This document shows positions 43,978 through 53,166 of a DNA stretch of 64,000 nt, piece by piece. Position numbers and translations under genes: made by a program. Positions within the stretch are counted from its first letter, which is position 1; every line of letters begins with the position of its first letter. This stretch comes from Ruminococcus bicirculans (ex Wegman et al. 2014) (GTDB taxonomy: Bacteria; Bacillota; Clostridia; Christensenellales; DTU072). The stretch spans positions 6,433 to 70,432 of the forward strand of contig CAVIFU010000003.1 in assembly GCA_963642145.1 (NCBI GenBank), in the 5' to 3' direction. The notes beneath the pieces were generated by a model. The model was not told where the DNA came from and did no database searches. It saw only the letters and a list, made by a program, of their open reading frames with translations.

Positions 43978-46662
43978 ATGGATTCGTTTTACACAAAACC
44001 GTCGGAAGAAGTTCTGACAAACCTCGGTTCTTCCGCGGAAGGATTGAGTGAAGAGGAAGCGCGAAAAAGATTATCCGAGCACGGCGCAAACGCGCTTAAA
44101 GAGGGCAAGAAACGCCCTCTTATCCTCAAATTCTTTGACCAATTCAAAGACGTCATGATTATAGTTTTGCTCGTGGCGGCTGTAGTGTCGGGCGTTATTT
44201 CCGTTGTACGTAAGGAATACTCTGATCTCATAGATTCAGGGCTGATATTGCTCATAGTCATTGTCAACGCCATAATCGGACTCGTGCAGGAGAATAAGGC
44301 GGAGAAATCGCTCGAAGCCCTCAAAAATTTGAATAAGCAGTCGGCTAAGGTCATGCGCAACGGCAAGCTCGAAAGGATCAAGAGCGAAGACATCGTTCCC
44401 GGCGATATCGTTGTTTTGGAAGCCGGCGACATCGTCCCTGCTGATATGCGGTTGCTTACGGCGGCAAGTTTGAAGATAGAAGAATCCGCTTTGACCGGCG
44501 AAAGCGTCCCCGTAGACAAAACGACGGAGCCGTTGACTGACGAGAACGCCCCCCTCGGCGACAGAGTATGTATGGCATATTCTTCCGGTGTGGTGTCGTT
44601 CGGACACGGTACCGGCGTGGTAGTGGCAACGGGTATGAATACGGAAGTGGGCAAGATTGCCGAAATGCTTTCGGAAGATACCGATTCCGATACTCCTCTC
44701 CAAAAACAGCTTGCGAAAACGGCAAAGGTGCTGAGCATAGCGGTTTTGGCGATAGCGGCGGTGATATTTATCGCGTCGCTCATCACGGGCATAGTTACGC
44801 ATAACGATATTCTCGATACCGTCGTAGACGGATTCATGACGGCGGTAGCCATAGCCGTTGCCGCGATACCGGAAGGACTGCCGGCGGTAGTTACCATAGT
44901 ACTTTCCATAGGCGTCAAGAGTATGAGCGAACGTAACGCCATAGTCAAGAACCTCCCGGCGGTGGAAACGCTCGGTTGCTGTGAAGTTATTTGTTCGGAC
45001 AAGACCGGCACGCTTACGCTCAACCAAATGACCGTCAAAGAGCTGTATACCGCCGACAAAGGCGTCTATACGGCGGAAGACGCGGTTACGGGCAGTGCCG
45101 ACGTGCTGCGCAGAGGCATGTGCCTGTGCAACGATACCATCGTCAACGGCGAGAAGCTTTTGGGAGATCCCACCGAGACGGCGCTTATAGCTTATTCGCG
45201 CAAGAGCGGTGGCGGAGATCCGCGCGAAAAGTATCCGCGCCTCGACGAAATTCCGTTTGACAGCAAACGCAAACTGATGTCTACCCTCAACGACGTTGAC
45301 GGAGAACATGTTCTAAACGTAAAAGGCGCTCCGGATATACTCATAGAAAGGTGCGTCAACATACTCGACGGCGACGTCGTTCGCCCGATAACGGACGACG
45401 ACAAACGCGCCATAACCTCAGCCAACAGCGCAATGGCGGTCAAAGCGCTAAGGGTGCTTGCCGTTGCCATGAGGGACGAAACGCAAGACAAAGAGGCGTT
45501 TGAGAAAGATTTGACGTTTGTCGGCTTGGTAGGCATGATAGATCCGCCTCGTGCGGAAGTCAAAGACGCCGTTGCTACCTGCAAAAAAGCGGGTATGCGC
45601 GCCATAATGATTACCGGTGACCATGCGGTTACCGCCGGCGCCATTGCCAAGGAAGTGGGCATTTTGTACGCTCCCGAGCACAAGATAATTACCGGCGCGG
45701 AACTCGATAAGCTATCGGACGAAGAGTACCTTGCGCACATAGACGAATACCGCGTTTACGCAAGAGTCAGCCCCGAGAACAAAGTGCGCATAGTCAAAGC
45801 GTACCGTTCGCTCGGCAAGGTTGTCGCCATGACCGGCGACGGCGTAAACGACGCTCCGAGCATCAAGGCGGCGGATATCGGCGTAGGCATGGGCATTACC
45901 GGAACCGACGTCAGCAAGGGCGCAAGCGACATGGTTTTGGCAGACGATAACTTTGCCACCATCGTTTCTGCTGTAGAAGAAGGCAGAAAGGTATACTCCA
46001 ATATCAAAAAAGCCATACAGTATCTGCTATCTGCCAATATTGCGGAAGTGCTTTGCCTGTTTATAACGGTCATAGTGCTTTCCACCATCGCCAAACAATC
46101 CGTCATATTCCTTACTCCCGTAATGATACTTTGGGTAAACCTCGTTACGGACAGTCTGCCGGCGCTTGCCCTCGGTATGGAAAAAGCCGAATCGGACGTC
46201 ATGAACTATCCGCCGCGCAAGACGGACACCAGTTTGTTTGCGGGTAAGACGGGCAAAGACATCATCATACAGGGCATCATGCAGACGGCTCTCGTTATGG
46301 GCTCATTCCTATGCGGTTACCTCTATTTCGAGAAGTTGCCGGGTGCCGGACACGAAGTTTCCGAGACCATGGCGTTCGTAACGCTTTGCGTGATACAGCT
46401 CTTCCACGCCTACAACATGAAGTCGCAGAATAATTCGATATTCAACAAAAAGATACTCGATAACAAACTTTTGAATATCTCGTTTATCGTGGGATTTGCG
46501 CTTGTGGTGCTTGCGGTTGCCATCCCGGGAGTGGGCGAATCTCTGTTCGGAACCAAACCTCTCGACGGCGTACAATGGGCGGTATCGCTCGGATTCGCGA
46601 TTGCGGTAATACCGTTTGTCGAACTCCAAAAACTGATAGAAAGGAAGCTTGCTAAAAAATAA
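43978..46662 (+). CDS. Calcium-translocating P-type (P2A/P2B-like) ATPase
   Basis: ATG 43978 follows AAAGAGG; the track ORF start at 43906 overlaps GH20. Motifs are TGES, CSDKTGTLT (44998-45012 encode DKTGT), IPEGLPAV in TM4, MITGDH and VAMTGDGVNDAPS. Confidence 0.9.
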   Translation: MDSFYTKPSEEVLTNLGSSAEGLSEEEARKRLSEHGANALKEGKKRPLILKFFDQFKDVMIIVLLVAAVVSGVISVVRKEYSDLIDSGLILLIVIVNAIIGLVQENKAEKSLEALKNLNKQSAKVMRNGKLERIKSEDIVPGDIVVLEAGDIVPADMRLLTAASLKIEESALTGESVPVDKTTEPLTDENAPLGDRVCMAYSSGVVSFGHGTGVVVATGMNTEVGKIAEMLSEDTDSDTPLQKQLAKTAKVLSIAVLAIAAVIFIASLITGIVTHNDILDTVVDGFMTAVAIAVAAIPEGLPAVVTIVLSIGVKSMSERNAIVKNLPAVETLGCCEVICSDKTGTLTLNQMTVKELYTADKGVYTAEDAVTGSADVLRRGMCLCNDTIVNGEKLLGDPTETALIAYSRKSGGGDPREKYPRLDEIPFDSKRKLMSTLNDVDGEHVLNVKGAPDILIERCVNILDGDVVRPITDDDKRAITSANSAMAVKALRVLAVAMRDETQDKEAFEKDLTFVGLVGMIDPPRAEVKDAVATCKKAGMRAIMITGDHAVTAGAIAKEVGILYAPEHKIITGAELDKLSDEEYLAHIDEYRVYARVSPENKVRIVKAYRSLGKVVAMTGDGVNDAPSIKAADIGVGMGITGTDVSKGASDMVLADDNFATIVSAVEEGRKVYSNIKKAIQYLLSANIAEVLCLFITVIVLSTIAKQSVIFLTPVMILWVNLVTDSLPALALGMEKAESDVMNYPPRKTDTSLFAGKTGKDIIIQGIMQTALVMGSFLCGYLYFEKLPGAGHEVSETMAFVTLCVIQLFHAYNMKSQNNSIFNKKILDNKLLNISFIVGFALVVLAVAIPGVGESLFGTKPLDGVQWAVSLGFAIAVIPFVELQKLIERKLAKK

Positions 46663-48344
46663 TGGGACTTAAAGTACTTATGCCTAACGCGATCTGGCAG
46701 GGCTATGACGCGACTACCGAACCTCTCGACGCCGAAACGCTGTATTCCAAAAGACCGGAGGACGGCGTCAAGGAAGACGTGTGGCGTTACACCGCCGTAT
46801 ACAGGGAGGACGGCAAAGTAAGGGTTATGACGCGCGTTATTCGCGCGGAAGACAGTCAAACGGCTGATTCCCCCGCGATTTTGCTTGTAGGGGAATATCA
46901 TCGTCCCCCGGACGACGCCTTTGTCATGAGCCTTGCAAAAGCCGGTTACACGGTTGTCGTGCCCGATCTGAGTTGTGTTTCCAAAAGCGAAAGAACTATT
47001 TTTCCGCCGTCGCTTGCTTACGGCGAATACGCTAAGTCCGGCGAGCATTTATATAAAGTGACTGAAACGGCAAAGGATACCTGCCAGTACCTGTACTCCG
47101 TGATGGTCAAACGCACGGAAGTCTTTGTCAAGAAGCATATTTCGAGCGGCAAACTCATTATGGTAGGTATGGGCGACGCGGTGGAAGTCGCGATGCAGGT
47201 AATGGGCTCAGGCGGTATTGCCGACGCTCTCGCATGCGTCAACGGTTCCGGATATCGCGAGTACATCAAGCGCAACAGGTACGGCGCGCGTTCGGAAGAA
47301 ACGCTCATTATGGATGACGAACGCATGTGCTGGCTGACGGGCATAGCCTCCATAGCTTACGCCAAAAACGTCAAGGTTCCCACCTTTATAGCCATAGGCA
47401 GTAACGCGCATCGCAGCGACGCCGACAGGCTCTCCAACCTATGCGCCTTGCTCGGGACGGACGAAGTGACTACCGTCATCAGTCCGCGCGCCGGCGACTT
47501 TATGTTGCCGGAGGCGTATACGAGTTTGCTTATTTGGCTGCATGCGGTGTCCGTCGGCGAAGCCTCGATGCTCCCGTCCGTTCCGGAACTCAAAATAGAG
47601 GTCAAGGAAGACGGACGTCCGCATTTGGAAGCGGTTTGCGATCCGTGTTCGATGATTAAACGCGTGACGTTCTACTACGCGATCAAGTCTTATAACCACG
47701 AGGTCAGGGATTGGCGCGAGATGGAAGGGCTTTCGGTTTCGCACAACGAGTACATGGCAACGCTAACCAATTATGACGAAAACGAGCCGCTGTTTGCCTT
47801 TGCGGAAGCCGAGTACGAGAACGGATTCACGATAACCTCTCTCATAGAATACGCCGAGCTCAAAGGACTTAACGTCCGTCCGTCCAAGGCGGCGTTCGGC
47901 GACGTCGTGGTAGTCTATCGGGCAGGCGGTGACGAGAGCGGCTTTGTAGCCGACTATGACGGCGACGTACTGATGGATAAGGACATCAGGACGGTGACGA
48001 CGCCTAAGGGTATGGAAGGCGTCGTATCCGAATGCGGAGGACTCAGAACATACCACTTTTTTGCCGGCGCCGACGCAAGTTCGGATAAGCTGTTGCAAAT
48101 AGATTTTTACGCCGAACACGACGTGGACGTCCGCGTTTCGGTGATGGGAGATACCGATGACGGCACAAGGACATATTGCGCAAATATCAAGATTGGGGAC
48201 ACTAACGGCTACTTTTCGGACACCAAATTCGCGCTTACGGATTTCAAAGACGAAACAATGCGTTCCCCCGCAAGTTGGTCCAAAATCAAAGTTATATCCA
48301 TACACGGCGACGGACTCGTAATAGGGAGTATATTGTTTATATGA
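46662..48344 (+). CDS. Hypothetical protein with an N-terminal alpha/beta-hydrolase-like region and a C-terminal beta-rich region
   Basis: The ATG overlaps the ATPase stop (TAATG). Weak resemblance to esterase/dienelactone-hydrolase folds. No clear GxSxG motif (GMGDA sits at the candidate elbow). Confidence 0.5.
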   Translation: MGLKVLMPNAIWQGYDATTEPLDAETLYSKRPEDGVKEDVWRYTAVYREDGKVRVMTRVIRAEDSQTADSPAILLVGEYHRPPDDAFVMSLAKAGYTVVVPDLSCVSKSERTIFPPSLAYGEYAKSGEHLYKVTETAKDTCQYLYSVMVKRTEVFVKKHISSGKLIMVGMGDAVEVAMQVMGSGGIADALACVNGSGYREYIKRNRYGARSEETLIMDDERMCWLTGIASIAYAKNVKVPTFIAIGSNAHRSDADRLSNLCALLGTDEVTTVISPRAGDFMLPEAYTSLLIWLHAVSVGEASMLPSVPELKIEVKEDGRPHLEAVCDPCSMIKRVTFYYAIKSYNHEVRDWREMEGLSVSHNEYMATLTNYDENEPLFAFAEAEYENGFTITSLIEYAELKGLNVRPSKAAFGDVVVVYRAGGDESGFVADYDGDVLMDKDIRTVTTPKGMEGVVSECGGLRTYHFFAGADASSDKLLQIDFYAEHDVDVRVSVMGDTDDGTRTYCANIKIGDTNGYFSDTKFALTDFKDETMRSPASWSKIKVISIHGDGLVIGSILFI

Positions 48345-48922
48345 CGACCAAGCGCAGAATAATTACAATAATAGTAGACATAGTGATTTTGGCGTGCATA
48401 GTAGTGGGCGCGTTCTATCTGTCCAACTACCTGTTCGGCACCATACCCATCGAAGGACCTTCCATGGAAACTACCGTCCATGACGGCGACGTCGTCTTGT
48501 ACTACAAGCAAGGCACGTATAAGCGCGGCGACATAATCGTATTCAACACCCATCAACTCAACGATTCGGGCGTGGAAAGACTGTTTATCAAGAGGATAAT
48601 CGCGCTCGGCGGAGATACGGTTGAAATCAAACAATACGAGGACGGCGAATACTACATTTATGTGAATGGCGAAAGGCAGACGGAAGACTATTTGCCCGAC
48701 AACGTGCCCAACGCGCGCGAAAGGGACGCTTTGCAGAGTTCTTACGTAGTCGTGCCGGAAGGTTGCTTTTATTATTGCGGCGATAACCGCTTGAATTCCA
48801 GCGATTCGCGCACCGGGACCGACGTTTTCGGCAGAATTGACTCCATCCTCGGCAGAGCCGTAATGCGTTACAAAAAAGACGGATTGATTATAAGCGATTT
48901 GGAATTACTTAAACGTCCGTAA
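48341..48922 (+). CDS. lepB: Signal peptidase I
   Basis: ATG 48341 overlaps the upstream stop (ATGA). It has an N-terminal TM helix, GPSME (catalytic Ser), KRIIALGGDTV (Lys box) and GDNRLNSSDSR. Confidence 0.9.
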   Translation: MTTKRRIITIIVDIVILACIVVGAFYLSNYLFGTIPIEGPSMETTVHDGDVVLYYKQGTYKRGDIIVFNTHQLNDSGVERLFIKRIIALGGDTVEIKQYEDGEYYIYVNGERQTEDYLPDNVPNARERDALQSSYVVVPEGCFYYCGDNRLNSSDSRTGTDVFGRIDSILGRAVMRYKKDGLIISDLELLKRP

Positions 48923-48950
48923 AAAAAGGCAAGCCGCAACTTGCCTTTTT
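48923..48950. terminator. Bidirectional rho-independent terminator between convergent genes
   Basis: Stem AAAAAGGCAAG / CTTGCCTTTTT with loop CCGCAA. An A-tract lies on one side and a T-tract on the other. Confidence 0.8.
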
Positions 48951-48954
48951 CTTT

Positions 48955-48977
48955 ACCGCGCCGCGGCGCGGTTTTTA
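48955..48977 (+). terminator. Second GC-rich hairpin followed by a T-tract
   Basis: ACCGCGC-CGCG-GCGCGGT followed by TTTTT. Confidence 0.5.
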
Positions 48978-48988
48978 GTTATTTTTAA

Positions 48989-50287
48989 TTATTTATTGTT
49001 TTCCGCAATAAACTTTTTGATGTTGCCTTCTATTATGTCAAAGAAGCGCGATATGTTTTTTGCGTCCTCGTCGTTGCATTTTACCGCTATGGTCATGGTG
49101 AGTTCGCCGTTTATGGACGTCAGCGCAAGCTGCATGTAGGGCTTATACTTGATTGCGCCCGTCATGAAGCCGTCGAGCGGTTTGAGTCCCGCCATGCTCA
49201 GTGCGTCCGGATCGAGTATACCGATGTTGCTCATGCCGATAAGCGGATTGAGATAGCCGATTTTTATGGCAATTTCACTTATCGAATAGGGGAAAACGGT
49301 GTACGCAAGGTTGAGTAGGGGTAAACTGTACAGACCCATGAATTTATCGTGCTTACTCTTGCGTATGGAGTGCAACACTTTGATGAGCGTGTCGTTTATC
49401 GTTTCGCCTACGCCGTTTACCGAACATTGCATAAAGCCCGTGTGATTTGTCAGTCCGCCGGCGTCCGAACCGCCCTCGATGTGCCTACGTAAATCCACCA
49501 TGCAAGGTATGGTCAGAGTGTCCGTTTTGGGATAATCCGCGAACTCGTACAGACTGTGGATGTATACGGTAAGCATGAGGTCGTTGACGGTTACACCGTA
49601 CTTTTTGCCCGTTTGACGGAATGCTTCGAATGTCTCCGCGTCGATTTTGCGCAAGTTGATTCTCGGCTTGTCATCGTCACTTTGGGGACTCAAAGGAAAG
49701 TAATGGGTATCCTTAACCGAGGAAATATTCTTGTATAGCTTCTTTGCTGTTTCGGAATCTATATCGTCTAACTTGGTGTAAACCTGCTCATAGGAGCGCG
49801 TCCCGGTCTTGATATTTATGTCCGCGTCTCCCGTTAGGAGAGAGGTGTAGTTTGCGGCAAGGCGTTTGAGAAAGTATTTGAAGTCACCGCCGTCAAAGCA
49901 CATGTGGTTGACTATCATGCATAGCGTAGACTTGCCGTCGGCGTTAATGATGCGCATACGGAATTGCACGTTCGACGTGACGGGTATCGAGCTTGTGATA
50001 AACGAGTCTATCTCCGCGTCAAGCTCTTCGGGGGCAACGGTGACGACGGATAGAATGTCGTCTACCGAGTAGTCCTCCACCACCCAATACGGATTGATGA
50101 CGCTGTCGTGGAAGGATGAGTGCAGTACCGGCACCTTCTCAACCGTGCCTATAAGCACGGTTTTGAGTGCGGGGATATCTATCAAGCCGTCGTATTTGAG
50201 GACGGCGTGAACCATTCTGTCATAGTAATTGCGGAACAAATATTGCATTTTGTCCCACATTTCGGCTTTGAGTTTACGTTTTGCCAT
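48989..50287 (-). CDS. Condensation-domain-like (CAT/PapA5 superfamily) acyltransferase
   Basis: The preferred start is ATG at 50287, 1 nt after the upstream TAA. The xHxxxDG catalytic motif is NHMCFDGGD. It is a stand-alone ~432 aa protein. Confidence 0.65.
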   Translation of the reverse strand: MAKRKLKAEMWDKMQYLFRNYYDRMVHAVLKYDGLIDIPALKTVLIGTVEKVPVLHSSFHDSVINPYWVVEDYSVDDILSVVTVAPEELDAEIDSFITSSIPVTSNVQFRMRIINADGKSTLCMIVNHMCFDGGDFKYFLKRLAANYTSLLTGDADINIKTGTRSYEQVYTKLDDIDSETAKKLYKNISSVKDTHYFPLSPQSDDDKPRINLRKIDAETFEAFRQTGKKYGVTVNDLMLTVYIHSLYEFADYPKTDTLTIPCMVDLRRHIEGGSDAGGLTNHTGFMQCSVNGVGETINDTLIKVLHSIRKSKHDKFMGLYSLPLLNLAYTVFPYSISEIAIKIGYLNPLIGMSNIGILDPDALSMAGLKPLDGFMTGAIKYKPYMQLALTSINGELTMTIAVKCNDEDAKNISRFFDIIEGNIKKFIAENNK

Positions 50288-50288
50288 A

Positions 50289-51134
50289 TTACCACTCCGT
50301 ATAATATTTTTCGTCGGTTTCGTTGTTGTCGAGGTGCTTTTTGAGTACGTGTTTGGCGCGTTCTTTGCGGAGCGAGGCAATATAAATTACCACTGCGGCT
50401 ATGGCGAGTACGGCGGTGCCCACGACGAGTAACCAGCCGGGATGCCAAGGCATTGCGTGAGAAACGCCGAGCATGACGTAGAGCATTACCGAAGTAAGGA
50501 AGGTCGAAGAAAGCGTTTCCGGCACGGCGGACTTATTTTTGACAACGTACGCAACCGCCACGTTGAGCCAACTTATCGCAAGGGGAATTACGAGGAAGGT
50601 AAACCAATCGTACACGGGCTTACCGCAACACATATGGGCGATGAGGTAACTGTATACGAGTAGGAGCGTCAGAACAGCGCTTCCCGTCAGGCGCGGAACG
50701 AGGGTGTGTCCGTTTTTTATGGATTTGACAAACAAGAGAACGAGCGGAACGCATGCGCCGACGATGATTACGCCTACCGGGATGAGCCAAGACACGCGCC
50801 AAGCCACGGCGCCCGTAATGCTGAGTCCGAGGTAAAGTCCGAGGGTAAGGGCAATCGACAAAGCTATCACGGAAGAAACGATAAAGCCGCGAGTGATGCG
50901 CTTAGGTTTTTCCGCAAGAGATTTTTGGAAGTCGGCAAGAGTTTTTTGGAAATCTCCGAGAGAGCCGATGCAAAGTTTGTAGATGGCGTCTTCGTTGTCC
51001 ATACCCTTTATGCGACAATCCTGGGCATACTCTTCGAGCTCACGTAAAGTTTGTTTGCGAAATTCCATCGCAGAACGCGTAGGCGGAATTTGACGGAATT
51101 GTTCCTCGAGAAAACGTTTGAATCTTTCGGTCAT
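50289..51134 (-). CDS. Polytopic membrane protein with a DUF1700-like N-terminal helical domain
   Basis: AGGAGG RBS (plus-strand CCTCCT at 51141-51146). The N-terminal soluble helical region (MTERFKRFLEEQF...) is followed by about 6 TM helices. Confidence 0.65.
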   Translation of the reverse strand: MTERFKRFLEEQFRQIPPTRSAMEFRKQTLRELEEYAQDCRIKGMDNEDAIYKLCIGSLGDFQKTLADFQKSLAEKPKRITRGFIVSSVIALSIALTLGLYLGLSITGAVAWRVSWLIPVGVIIVGACVPLVLLFVKSIKNGHTLVPRLTGSAVLTLLLVYSYLIAHMCCGKPVYDWFTFLVIPLAISWLNVAVAYVVKNKSAVPETLSSTFLTSVMLYVMLGVSHAMPWHPGWLLVVGTAVLAIAAVVIYIASLRKERAKHVLKKHLDNNETDEKYYTEW

Positions 51135-51175
51135 ATAGTACCTCCTATATTGTGGCTGTTTGCCTATCTAATCAG

Positions 51176-51204
51176 ATTATATACATAAACGATTTAGTCG
51201 TCAA
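51176..51204 (-). promoter_or_regulatory. sigma-70-type promoter (minus strand) for the 51134..48989 gene pair
   Basis: On the minus strand: TTGACG (51204-51199), 17 nt spacer, TATAAT (51181-51176). Confidence 0.6.
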
Positions 51205-51225
51205 GCGTTTTAATTGAATTTTCGA

Positions 51226-52137
51226 CTAAACTCTGTTTTTTGTGTTGTCGTAGCAGAATGCGCGCGTCAGGTCGTTGGTTTCTTTGCTTTCACGCCAATC
51301 CGGTTGCACCACGTTGAATACGTGAATGAGTTTGTTTGTCTGTTTTTCGCGCGGATAGTAGCATAATTCCGCCGTTGCGCCGGTATCTTTGTAAGCCGTA
51401 TAAGTTTTGATTACCGTGCCGCGCAAAAAGTCGCCGTCGCATGTGATAAACATCGTCGGGATACGATTATTGCCAATCGACGGAACAAAATCCACATATT
51501 TTGCGTAAGGCTTGTCTTTGAGCCGTCCGAGCAAGGGTTTCAAATAGGCGTGCGCCAATGGGAGCTTATATAGATTCGATACGTTGTGCGCGCCGCACGT
51601 ATAAACGGCTGCGCGGAATGCGCACGTAGGCGTTACGCCGTAAGATAGAGCCTGTTCGGGGTTTGCTATCGCGTTCGTTACGATGCCGGCAAGGTGTCCG
51701 CCGGCAGAGTCCCCGGTGATAAACATATTGTTCACATCGAGATTGTATTCCTCCGCATGCGCGGTAAAATAGGACAGAGCCTCGAATATATCTTTGACTT
51801 GGTCGCCGAGGGTGACTTCGGGAGTTAGGCGGTAACTCAAATTGATTACCCGCAAACCGCGCTTTGCCATAGACAGGCAGTAAGCCTTGTTCAGTTCCTT
51901 ATCGCCGTAGTACCATCCGCCTCCGTGTATATCGACAAGTACGGGGTATTTTCCGTCCTTGTCGGGAGCGTAAATATCGGCGCGGTGAAGTATGTGCCCG
52001 TCGGCGGAATAGGGTATGTCGTTAAGCTCGTACAACCCTTTTTCATATGTGATTTCCGCCATGCGTTTGCGGTCGCTTCGCGCAACGCGGTTCCAAAATT
52101 TTTGAAATATCGTAGCCATTGGCGTCCCAAAAATCAC
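51226..52137 (-). CDS. Alpha/beta-hydrolase fold-3 (hormone-sensitive-lipase-like) esterase
   Basis: HGGGW oxyanion motif and GDSAGG nucleophile elbow. The start is uncertain: GTG at 52137 or ATG at 52119, neither with a strong RBS. Confidence 0.8.
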   Translation of the reverse strand: MIFGTPMATIFQKFWNRVARSDRKRMAEITYEKGLYELNDIPYSADGHILHRADIYAPDKDGKYPVLVDIHGGGWYYGDKELNKAYCLSMAKRGLRVINLSYRLTPEVTLGDQVKDIFEALSYFTAHAEEYNLDVNNMFITGDSAGGHLAGIVTNAIANPEQALSYGVTPTCAFRAAVYTCGAHNVSNLYKLPLAHAYLKPLLGRLKDKPYAKYVDFVPSIGNNRIPTMFITCDGDFLRGTVIKTYTAYKDTGATAELCYYPREKQTNKLIHVFNVVQPDWRESKETNDLTRAFCYDNTKNRV

Positions 52138-52150
52138 GCTATTTAGTAGC

Positions 52151-52945
52151 TCAGACTACCAAATAGTAGTGATAAATATTCATATCCTTAGTGATGTTCT
52201 TGCCGTGATTACCGAGCCCGTACCACTCTCTGTGCACGCCGTGGTCGGGGCTGAACGCCATAAACGTATCGTAGCCCTTGTAATTTTCTTTGACGGCTTC
52301 GTAGAGCTCGGCAAATGTTGCCGCATGGTGTCTTGCCGCGTTGAGGGCGAGTCGCGATTCAGGGTAAGTCGCGTGCATGACGCTGTCGTATTCCATGTTG
52401 TACAGTTCTATTATGTCGTACTCTTTGCTTGCGATGAGTTCGAGCGCTTTTTCCGTGGCGGTCCTGTCGGATGAGGTCAGGAAGTAGTCTATTTTGCGCT
52501 CCGCAAAGAGTATCGGTATACTTTGCCCCGCAACGGATACGAGGGCGACTTTTTTGTGCGCGGCGCTCCAACGGTCGAACAGGGAATCGGTGGTAAGCAG
52601 GTGCTTGTCGTAGGACCGTATGCCGTGTTCTTCGGGCGTGGCTCCCGTAAACATCGTGCCGAAGCATACCGGAGTTTTGGGCGGAAACGACGTCAGGTAG
52701 GGCACTCTGAGCTGAGCTATTGCGGTAACGGGCGCCATGATGTCGGTGTATTTATCGGCAAACCATTGCCCGATGGCGTCCGGGTTGTATATCACGGCGC
52801 GATCGACGGTGTCTTTACCCGTTTTTTCACGAACGAGCGCGTTTATCTCGGGGACGTTTGTCTTGGCAAACTCGGGTGCTTCGACTCCCGTAATTTGCGC
52901 GACGCTTTCGGCAAAACCCGTTAGCGGGATAGAGTTAAATTCCAT
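52151..52945 (-). CDS. Alkaline-phosphatase superfamily, nucleotide pyrophosphatase/phosphodiesterase (NPP)-like enzyme
   Basis: ATG at 52945 follows GGAGGT and a 6 nt spacer. The NPP nucleophile motif is PPKTPVCFGTMFTGATPEEHGI, and YDSVMH and SPDHG are metal-ligand motifs. Confidence 0.75.
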   Translation of the reverse strand: MEFNSIPLTGFAESVAQITGVEAPEFAKTNVPEINALVREKTGKDTVDRAVIYNPDAIGQWFADKYTDIMAPVTAIAQLRVPYLTSFPPKTPVCFGTMFTGATPEEHGIRSYDKHLLTTDSLFDRWSAAHKKVALVSVAGQSIPILFAERKIDYFLTSSDRTATEKALELIASKEYDIIELYNMEYDSVMHATYPESRLALNAARHHAATFAELYEAVKENYKGYDTFMAFSPDHGVHREWYGLGNHGKNITKDMNIYHYYLVV

Positions 52946-52963
52946 ATTGCTACCTCCGCGAAC

Positions 52964-52974
52964 ATTATACCACA
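52964..52974 (-). promoter_or_regulatory. Extended -10 promoter (minus strand) for the 52945 gene block
   Basis: The minus strand reads TGTGGTATAAT (TGnTATAAT). There is no good -35 and the leader would be very short. Confidence 0.45.
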
Positions 52975-53077
52975 AAACGTTTTGCTTTGGTATATATTTT
53001 TCGGCGGTAAAAACGGCGTTTTCGAACTTTGTCATACACCCGAGCGTTAAATTATCGTAAATAAATCCCGCGCGCCA

Positions 53078-53111
53078 TTGCGCGATAATAATATTTAATA
53101 TATAATTGACA
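53078..53111 (+). promoter_or_regulatory. Candidate promoter(s) for the 53167 gene
   Basis: TTGCGC (53078-53083), 17 nt spacer, TATAAT (53101-53106). An overlapping TTGACA at 53106-53111 lacks a good -10. Confidence 0.45.
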
Positions 53112-53166
53112 CAGCGGAAGTTCCGCGCAATAAGCACGTAACGGGGCAAACCCTAAGGATATTCGA

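Noticed and set aside
48275-48340. 22-codon extension of the signal peptidase ORF.
   Set aside because: It lies inside the preceding gene. ATG 48341 forms an ATGA stop-start overlap, and the product then begins with the expected basic N-region followed by a TM helix.
50288-50380. 31-codon extension of the acyltransferase ORF (48989..50380).
   Set aside because: It overlaps the 3' end of the upstream membrane-protein gene. The internal ATG at 50287 sits 1 nt after that gene's stop, and the homologous region starts there.
51190-51235. Inverted repeat TTTAGTCG...CGACTAAA spanning the esterase stop codon as a terminator.
   Set aside because: The loop is about 22 nt and there is no proper T-tract. 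The region is better explained by the TTGACG-17-TATAAT promoter of the downstream gene pair.
52946-53149. 68-codon extension of the NPP-like ORF (52151..53149).
   Set aside because: ATG 52945 has a GGAGGT RBS with a 6 nt spacer. The extension would cover the divergent promoter region and has an odd, non-homologous sequence.
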